Origin: a virus
Strand: one strand, 5' to 3'
IMG/VR virus record: IMGVR_UViG_3300025280_000022
Length of the DNA: 64,000 nt
Shown here: in pieces, positions 33,368 to 42,200 of the stretch
Layout: each line of letters opens with the position of its first letter
Position numbering within the stretch: the first letter of the stretch is position 1
Notes under the pieces: generated by a model
Seen by the model: only the letters and a program-made list of their open reading frames with translations
Database searches by the model: none
Told to the model about the DNA's origin: nothing
Made by a program: the position numbers and the translations under genes

Positions 33368-34080
33368 TGGCTATTTCTTATAAAGACGTTAATACAACAG
33401 TAGCGGGGGTAACCTATATGGCCAATTCTTTAACCATAGACAATTCTCTTGCCTATTCTCCTTACAACCAATTCGGCAAAAGGGGGATATGGCGTGCGGA
33501 TGGCCCCGTAGGAGGCTCTTTATCTTTATCGGCCTTTGTGCTGGGAGAAAGTGATTTTGAAACCTTCATAACAAACAAAAATGAAACGGTTCCCTATGAA
33601 GCAGCGGGGACGAGCGGCTATTTAACTTCTTTAAGTATTCAAGGTTCCCCAGATGGCCCTATAACCTTAGATTTGCAATTTGATAGTCTTTCGGGCTTTG
33701 CTTTGTCTACCACCGTTCCTGCCACGGGGAATTTCTCGCCTGCCTTGGGGGTATTGAGTAGGGTTTCAGGTATGGCTTCAGATTCAAGTAACTACAGTTT
33801 TTCTTATAGTTTGACTAAAAATTATGGTCGTCTTTTTTTTCGAGGAAGCGGCGAGGTTTTTTATCTTCAAGGAGGAGAAGAGCGCGTTACCGTCGAAAGC
33901 GATGCTACAACGACGCTGGCATCACCATGTCCTACTACGACAGGCTTAATGCTGGAACTGCGAGGTTGTACGGGCGATGCGGGAAAAATTTCTGTGAGTG
34001 GAAATATAGTAGACTATAATTCTGCGGCATCTGAAGGGAGCATTGTGCGCAATACGTTTACTGTTGTAAATACTTTTTGA
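33367..34080 (+). CDS. minor tail protein (paralog of previous gene)
   Basis: MAISY..., SFSYSLTKNY. Confidence 0.55.
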   Translation: MAISYKDVNTTVAGVTYMANSLTIDNSLAYSPYNQFGKRGIWRADGPVGGSLSLSAFVLGESDFETFITNKNETVPYEAAGTSGYLTSLSIQGSPDGPITLDLQFDSLSGFALSTTVPATGNFSPALGVLSRVSGMASDSSNYSFSYSLTKNYGRLFFRGSGEVFYLQGGEERVTVESDATTTLASPCPTTTGLMLELRGCTGDAGKISVSGNIVDYNSAASEGSIVRNTFTVVNTF

Positions 34081-34110
34081 GTTTTTTATTTTAAAAGATA
34101 TAATATATGT

Positions 34111-34401
34111 GTGGAAGTCAAGGACATTTTGGATTTTCAGGTAAACAGGAGTATAACCATGTTATATAAACAGTTTCTGGTGATGGTTGAAGATCTGCAC
34201 GAAGAACACTTGAGATATTTAAATAAAATGCAAGGAGGAGAAAACAATGATATGGTAAAGTATAATTATTTTGACCAATCTAAAATGGATTATCTCAGAA
34301 AAAAAATCCTTGATTCTGGCAATAGCTGTAAACGCGAAATTCTTACTGTTGTTGATCACTTTAGTTCCCTAGATGAAAGAAAAAATGAAAAAGTTATATA
34401 G
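34111..34401 (+). CDS. hypothetical protein
   Basis: 96 aa, after TTGAGT-16-TATAAT. Confidence 0.65.
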   Translation: MEVKDILDFQVNRSITMLYKQFLVMVEDLHEEHLRYLNKMQGGENNDMVKYNYFDQSKMDYLRKKILDSGNSCKREILTVVDHFSSLDERKNEKVI

Positions 34402-35269
34402 TTTTAAAATATCCCTCAAAGAGGAAGTTATTAAAGAGGTAGAAAAAAAGATTCGCCGCAAAAATAAAGAGACGGGGAAGATGGAGTCTATTTCAAAAAC
34501 TGTGGAAAAAACAGTTACCGAAACTATCCCTGTAGAGGTTTTTATTAAACACCCTTCTCGGGACCTATTGGAAGACGGGGATATGTTTTATAGCGTGTGG
34601 CTTAACAAATATATTAAAATGGGACTTTTGACGAGGTCGATGCTTACTAAACAATATCTTGACGCAGGGGGACAGTTTACCGAGGAGAATAAAGAGGAAT
34701 ATGCCACATTGATGCTCGAGGCTTTTAATAAACAATCGGCAATCGAAAGCCTGACTGCGCTAGGCAAAAGCATTAATGAGGAACAGCAAATTCGACTTAA
34801 TAAATATGTGCAAGAGCTAGCGGTGATCAGAAGGTCTTTAACTGATTTTGAGCTTTTACAGGGATCAATTTTCGAGCATACAGCAGATAATAAAGCGAGA
34901 AACAAAGCGGTATTGTGGTATGTGCTTGCCCTCGCCTGGGTTCAGGCGGACGGAGAAGAGCCCGCGCCTTTGTTTGCGGGGATAGATTTTGATTCTCGTT
35001 ATAATGATTACGTGCTTAAGGAAGAGGGCGAGGACCCTATTTTTCAACAAGCTATTAGCCAAATAACTTCGATTGTTACTCTGTGGTATATGAGCGGCGC
35101 TAACGATTCTGAAGCGTTAAAACAATTATTGCAGGAAATTGAGCAGCAAGAGGAAGGCTCTGCAGCAGCGGCAGAAGAAGAGGAGGAGGAGAAACCTCGA
35201 AAAGTCGCGGCCACCCCCAAGAAAACTCGAGGCCCCAAAAAAAAGGCCGTAGCCAGCAATGAAACATGA
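34373..35269 (+). CDS. putative tail assembly chaperone
   Basis: Helical protein between tube and tape measure. Confidence 0.55.
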   Translation: MKEKMKKLYSFKISLKEEVIKEVEKKIRRKNKETGKMESISKTVEKTVTETIPVEVFIKHPSRDLLEDGDMFYSVWLNKYIKMGLLTRSMLTKQYLDAGGQFTEENKEEYATLMLEAFNKQSAIESLTALGKSINEEQQIRLNKYVQELAVIRRSLTDFELLQGSIFEHTADNKARNKAVLWYVLALAWVQADGEEPAPLFAGIDFDSRYNDYVLKEEGEDPIFQQAISQITSIVTLWYMSGANDSEALKQLLQEIEQQEEGSAAAAEEEEEEKPRKVAATPKKTRGPKKKAVASNET

Positions 35270-36251
35270 GGATCTCGATCGCACATTAAATAGGGTTTTC
35301 CTGGAAGTCTGCCAAGGGTTTTCACAGACAGCTATTAACGGGCGCGATATTTATATTAAGCATTTTAGTATAAAAGATCAGGTTGGGATAGACGTTTTTT
35401 ATAAAAGAATTTACGATAAGGCTCAAAAAGAGGGGCTTCCTACAGAAAAGGATCGTTTAGAATTTTTAAATAAAGAGGGAACGTGGACCTCAGAGAGCGA
35501 AGGAGAGATTGCTCAAAAGGAAAATTACATTGCGGGCTTAGAGCGTAGCCTTGCTAAATTGGTAGTGGAAAGCCAACAGAAGCAGATCAAGAACGCCTTA
35601 AAAGATGCTCGTAAAAATTTAGAGGAACATTTAGAAGAGCGCGAGGGGTTATTAGAGGGTACATGTGAGAAATACGCCTCAAGCAAGCTGAATAATTTTA
35701 TTTTATATAAATCGTTATGTGCGGACCCATTGCTTGAGGTTCCTGTATTTTCGCGTGAAGAATTCGGGGAGCTTAGTTCCATGGATCTCGTTAGTTGGCT
35801 AATGGCTTATAGCGACGCGACAAAAGATTTAACCGTAGAGATGCTGAAAAAACTGGCTATTTCGGGCACCTTTGCTAATTACTTTAATCTTTGCGCAGAC
35901 TCTCCACCCTCTTTTTTTGGAGGAAACGTTCATGATTGGACATTCTTTCAGGTTAATTTAATAAATTATGGTAAAATTTTTAAATCCATTTTTGAGAATA
36001 TTAAAAATATTCCTGAATCTATTAAAGATGACCCCGACGCCCTTATAGAGTATTCCTCTCAAGAAGCAAAACGACAGGAACACCAGGAGCGGGGAGAAAA
36101 TAAAGACGCTTATTCTGTAATGGGAGCCTCCAAAAAGGATATGGCCAAAATGGGGTTAGAGCAAAAGGGAGGAGTGGATTTACATGAGTTTGCGTCTAAA
36201 CGAGGAGATTCTTTGGGGATAGAAGACTTTATTGATATGCAAGAACAATAA
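35259..36251 (+). CDS. putative tail assembly chaperone 2
   Basis: Directly upstream of the tape measure gene. Confidence 0.5.
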   Translation: MKHEDLDRTLNRVFLEVCQGFSQTAINGRDIYIKHFSIKDQVGIDVFYKRIYDKAQKEGLPTEKDRLEFLNKEGTWTSESEGEIAQKENYIAGLERSLAKLVVESQQKQIKNALKDARKNLEEHLEEREGLLEGTCEKYASSKLNNFILYKSLCADPLLEVPVFSREEFGELSSMDLVSWLMAYSDATKDLTVEMLKKLAISGTFANYFNLCADSPPSFFGGNVHDWTFFQVNLINYGKIFKSIFENIKNIPESIKDDPDALIEYSSQEAKRQEHQERGENKDAYSVMGASKKDMAKMGLEQKGGVDLHEFASKRGDSLGIEDFIDMQEQ

Positions 36252-36272
36252 TACGTGTAATACCCTATAGGT

Positions 36273-39200
36273 ATGGCTGGGGAAAATATTACATTAAATG
36301 TAGGGTCTAGAGGGCTAGAAGCGGATATTATACGAGAGGTAAACTCCGCTCAGAGAACTTTAAATCGTAGGCCGTTAAGGTTGCAGTTGGACGCCAAGGG
36401 CTTTAGGCAACCTCTGGGGCGCATTACAGGAGACATGAACGAGTTTCAGAAGTCTCTGGATGCATCAGTGGCCAGAACCTTTGCATTTGGGGCTGCGGTA
36501 GGTGTGGTAGCCAAGGTTGCCGACGCCTTTAAGGCTTTAACCTCGGCCACCATTGAAGTTCAAGCGGAGCTCGCTAATATTAATGTGCTATTGGGCTTGA
36601 GCTCCTCCGCGTTAAGCTCGTTTTCCTCTGATCTTTTTAAGGTAGCCCAAAATACCGCTCAAGCATTTAAAACAGTGGCGGTGGCCGCTACGGAGTTTTC
36701 TCGTCAAGGCTTAAGCGCCGAAGAAACCTTAAAGAGGGTTAATGACGCCATGATTTTAACGCGGTTGTCGGGCTTAGGGGCCGAGCAAGCAGTGGCTTCC
36801 TTGACTGCAGCTATCAATGGTTTTAGAAGAGAAGCTATAACCTCTACAGAAGTGGTCAATAGGCTGGCTAATGTGGACGCTCAATTTGCGGTAAGTTCTA
36901 AAGATTTAGCTGATGCTTTAGCAAGAGCGGGATCAACGGCACAAGGGGCCAAGGTGCAATTTAATGAACTATTAGCAGCAGTTACTTCTGTACAGCAACA
37001 AACGGCGCGTGGAGGCGCTGTGATTGGCAATGCTTTTAAAAGTATTTTTACGCGTATTCAGCGGAGCGGAGTTCAGGACGCTCTTGAAGAAATTGGGGTA
37101 TCAACGCGAACCTTGGATGGAAGTTTTCGTTCGGGAATTGCCGTTATTAAGGATTATGCTAGGGTATATGATAGTTTGACTGATGCACAAAAGGCTTATA
37201 CCTCGGAACAAATTGCGGGCGTTTTTCAAATTAATAATTTAAGGGCATTAGTAAATGACTTAAATAGTAGTTTTAGTATTTATGATAGAGCCTTGAGAGT
37301 AGCTAATGGCAGCACCAACGAGGCCACGCAGCGCAATAAAGAACTCAATCAAACACTTAGCGCGTTGTTGGCTCAAACCACGGCCGCGTTGCAGGGTTTT
37401 GGTGCGGCGTTAGGCAACCTGGGTGCGACTGAGGTGATAGGGCGGGTTCTCAGAGGAGTAAAGGCTTTATCAGAGTTTATAAGTAAAGTTCTTGATCCTG
37501 AAGAGGGCAATAAATTCGCACAGGGCTTTGTTAAGGGAATAGGAAGTTTTATTGCGGGGCCAGGATTGATTATAATTGGGGGGGCATTTTTAAAGTTATT
37601 TACCTTTATCTCCAAGCAGGCGGGGGCCGCTGTAAAACAAATATTTGCCATAAACACGGAAACCCAAAGGCAGCAGCAACTTCAACAGGCTATATTGGCC
37701 ATCGTAACCTCAGAAGAAGGGGTTTATCGGCAAATTCTGGCAAACGCAGGAAATCAAGCGGCACAAGAGAAAATCATCTTGGATACGCTAAGGAAGCAAA
37801 CTGCACAGCGAGCCCAACAACAAAAGTTTTTAGTGCAAATGGCTTCCAGCTCTGCTTTTGCGGGGCTAGGCGTATCAGGCGGTATAATTGCTCCCCGCGG
37901 AGGAAGGGCAGGGAGCAAGGCTCGAGCACAAGGGCTTGCGGGAGGTTATGTTCCTAATTTTGCTACCGCCATGGCGAATACCGACGAGGTTTTGGTCAGA
38001 AACTTTGCGGCTACTCAAGAAGCTAAAGCTATTCGTAAGGGTGTCGGCGGGGCAAGCCCAGGAGCGCGCGTGGCACAAATAGGTTTTAATCCCGCCCGTG
38101 ATGCCATTCTTAATCCCGACATGGTCGCTCAGCTAGGGCTTCCTGCAGGAGCACAAAGAATAAATGCTGCAGGGGGATTTATCCCAAATTTTGCAAAAAA
38201 AGAAAAAAGGGGGCTTACCCAGACAATTTCAATTGGCGCAGCAGGAAGTAAATTTGCGATTGTTTCGCCCGCGCGAGGAGGGGGCCCACCTGTCGCGTTA
38301 CCTTCTTTGGTTAAGGGAACAAGTCTTCCCAAGGGAATGGTGGGCGCAGGCTCCAAGCTAGACTTTGCTTTTGGAGGGGGTCAGTCGATTCCAATAATAG
38401 GGCCCTTGGGCCGCGATGGCGGCGCTAATGATAGTTCAGCTTTAAGTACCGCCATGGATGGCAACAAGAATATCCTGCAGGATTTTATTCTTAAAGTGAC
38501 AGAAGGATTTTTTGGCGTAAAAAATGTGAAGGGAGTTAGAAGGCCTGATTTTGCCAACACTAAAGCGGATGCATTGGCCGATAAATCCGTCATGAGCGAA
38601 CTGATGGCCACGAGCAAGGGCCCAATATTTGAGGCGGTTTTGAGAATAATCCAGGGTGATTTGACTAAAATAGGAGGGATGGTACCTAATGCGGCTATTG
38701 ACATTAACCCCGCATCTCAGGCCCAGCCAAATATTAGAAACTTTTTTGATGCCCCTGAAATTAATAAATTTGAGGCCAAAACGGGAAAAACGGGGGGAAG
38801 CGTTCCCATTGCTAAAAAATATATTAGGGATATTCTCACAAATGTTCCTTCTTCATCCGTAGATCCTCAGGCAGCGCTGGCCGCGCAAAAAGCAACGAGA
38901 CAGTTTGGAAAAGGGACGGTGGGACAAGCTATCGCGGCTCAACAACTAGCCACACAGAAAAAATGGGGGGCTGGAGCTGCAGCGGCTGGTGAGATGCCAG
39001 CGAAACAGATTGTGCAGCAGGGTGAAAAGACATTTGCACTCATAGCGAAGAAAGGAGGCTTCACGGCCAAGTTGCTTGGACGGAAGCGGAGGTCTGATGC
39101 ACCACGCTTCCAAAGGTATACAGATGCAGCTTTTAACAGAAACGACCCTTACAAGACCCTTAAGCTGGATGATTATAAGGGTTATGGGGGATTGGCCCAA

Positions 39201-42200
39201 GGTTTCCTTCCTAATTTTGCCGCTAGCCCGATTACGCGGGCTATGAAAACTGAAAGAGCCATGGGGGGTAGGCCCGTACTTGATTTTGATCCTGAGGTGG
39301 GATATTTTGTAAGAGACGGGAAAACACAAGCTAATTTCGCAGCTGTTAAAGGGGCGCATCCCGAGGGTATAGCAGGAGCAATTCTAAATTCGCAAAGGGC
39401 ACAAGGTGTGGCAGCTTTAGGCTTTATTCCTAATTTTCAGGAGCTTGCGTGGACGAGACGAGAGGAAACGTCAGCAAGGCGTAGGAATGAGAAAATGAAT
39501 CGCACTTCAGGTGGCGGCATGGCGGGGGGCGGCATGGGCATGATGATGGGGAGTATGGCTCTATATCAAGGTGCTGCTATGGCTCCCCAGGGAAGTACAC
39601 TGGCAGGCGGTTTAATGGGAGCAGGGATGGGAATGATGCTAGGGGGACCTTGGATGTTAGTAGGGGCCGCAATTGGAGCCCTAGCGACACAGATGGATCC
39701 CTTGGGCAAAAGCGCGGAAAAAGCGGCGAAAGAGTTGGCGGTTCTTACGAGCAAACAAAAACTTGTTTCTGATGGGCTTAAGCAATATATAAATTTACAG
39801 GGACAATTGTCTGATGCTATTAAAGAGGGTAATCTGACCGCTTCTAATAAGGTTACCCAGCAATTAAGGACAGCTTTGGCAGATTTGTCAACCACAGGCT
39901 TCCCTGACTTGAGGGAAAAAATTATTGGGGCGGCTGGAGATCTGGGTAAGCTTACCTCCATACTTGCACAGGTAGAAAGCACGCAATTGCGAACAAGTCT
40001 AGCCCAACGCGCCACAACAAGCGTTGACGCTATGGCAAGCGCGCAGCAGGGAAGGTGGTTCGGTTTGGCGGGTAAAGACCCCGAAAAGGCGACGGCAGCC
40101 GCACAGGACACAGCAAGAAGCTTGAGCAAATTATTGGAAACGGCTCCTGTGGAAGCAGTGGCTCGTATTCACGAGACTTTGAAAAGAGGGGGGATAGAAG
40201 AATTTTTGAAAACTGCTGTGGACGAGGGCCTTATTGGCCATGCGCAGCAAATAAAACTAGCGTACGCCTTTAAGGGCAAGGACATGGAGGAGGTGGCAGG
40301 CATGTTGACCCAGGCCGTAGGGGCGCAGTTGCAGGCCAGTGAGTGGTCGGATCTTCAGCGGCAATTTAATGAGCTAAATACGGCTGTAATGATACCCTTT
40401 AAGGCGTTGGGCGATGAAATAGTTAAGCAGGTTGAATTGCTTGAAAGCAGATTTAAAACAGCGAGCGAGGGTTTGAAAAACGTGGGAACCGCGCGCATTA
40501 AGGCTATGGAACAGCTGGGGATAATTGATGAAGCCAGGGCCATAGAGCTGCGCGGAAATATGCAACTCCGACTTCTTACGGCCAAAGCCGACAAGATGCC
40601 CGTTTTAAAAGATAAATTTACTGATGAACCCGCCGCTTTAGGAAAGGCTTTCCAAGCGGGAGGGGGTATTCCGATTGATGAGGCGGATCGCCTAAAGGTA
40701 GAACAAGAGTTGACAGAACAAACTCGTGCGGTTCAGGCTTCCGTGGCAATCGAAAAGGAAATATTGCGCATACAAAAAGCGGCCGCCTCCTATCTCGCCA
40801 TAAGCGCACAGGTCTTAACCGAGGACCAGGTAGAGGGAATCAAAAACTTTAAGGCTTTTATAGAAAGAGGGGAGCGACCAGGAGCAGGGCGCGAAAGTGC
40901 AGAAAGCGCAGCCGCAGCTTTGGCCGCAATAAAAAATGTAGAAACCCTTACGGGGGCAGATTTCGGACGCGAGAAGCGTCAAGCCCGCACTGAAGTTGCC
41001 GCCTTTAATATGAGGCAGCTTTTTGAGGGGATGGGGGTAGCTGTGGAGCCTGCCAAGGGCGTCGACGAGTTTATTAAAAATGCAGAATCTGCCCTCAAAA
41101 ATATGGATGTCTCGACTGCGGAAGGGATGCGAAACCAACGAATTCTCCAAAAAATATTGCACGGCCTCAAAGAGCAACAAAAGATTAATAATATGACCGA
41201 AGCGGAGTTTCTAAAGAAACAAGTCGCAGATGCTAAAGGTTTGGCGGATACTCTCGGAATAAAAGCTGGAGAGGGCGGTGTTACGGATGAATTTGCTCTC
41301 TTGCTTGGTGGTTTGGATAAAGGGGAAAAGGCTCAAGTCTTGCTGCTTAAGGGCATCGAGAAACAAAGCGGCGAAATGGTGGGCTTGTTGAATGACGTAA
41401 AGGTAGCCATAGAGCAGGCCGAGAATAAACGCGCGGCCCTGGAAGCGATGAAAGCAAGACTGCAAGCAAAGGCTCAAGGGCAAGTTCAGGCTCCCATGGG
41501 CGCCGACACGGTGAGTATAAACGCTCAGACGGTTACCGTGTCAGGAGGTGGAGCGCGTACACCCACCGCAGGAGGAGGTTTCGTGCCAACTTTTTCGCCC
41601 TTGGGGGATAAGGTCCGCAATGCAATGGAAACCGAAAAACGTATGGGCGGAACGCCTATGGTGGGTTATCATCCTTCAGTGGGTGTCCATGTGAGGGATC
41701 GATTTACGCAAAGAAACTTTTCGCAAGTTAGAAGGGATCATCCTGAGGGCTTAAGGAATGCAGTGGCTAATTCAGCATCGCTTCAGGGGGCCATGGGAAT
41801 GGCGGGAGTCCCTAATTTTGCGCAACCGACTGGTGCGGCCTCGTTCGGCAGCTTCCTCCAAAGGGGGGACAACGCCTTTGTGAAATTACCTCACCAGGGT
41901 AGCACACCCTGGAATAACATCTTGTCAGATAAGCGCGTCACTTATGATCAGGCCAAGGAAATTTTTGGAGAAAAAATTGCCGATAAACTTAAAGTTGATC
42001 GAAGTGGCCACTGGAAAAAGGGAGGTAAGGTATTAAAGAAGCCCCCGTTGTGGCCTTGGGAAAAGATGAAAGTGGGGAGGCTTATTCGCGGTGGAGCGCT
42101 AGTTCATGGTAGAACAGGTTTTGGCACGCAGTTGAGGGGAATCAAAGGGGGCAGAACCACAAGGCTAGCGGGCAGCGCGCTCAAGGGGGCCAAGGACAGG

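Noticed and set aside
35231-35269. Tail-chaperone -1 frameshift at A AAA AAG
   Set aside because: The downstream ORF is in the +1 frame and has a TAG at 35250 just before its ATG, so no fusion results.
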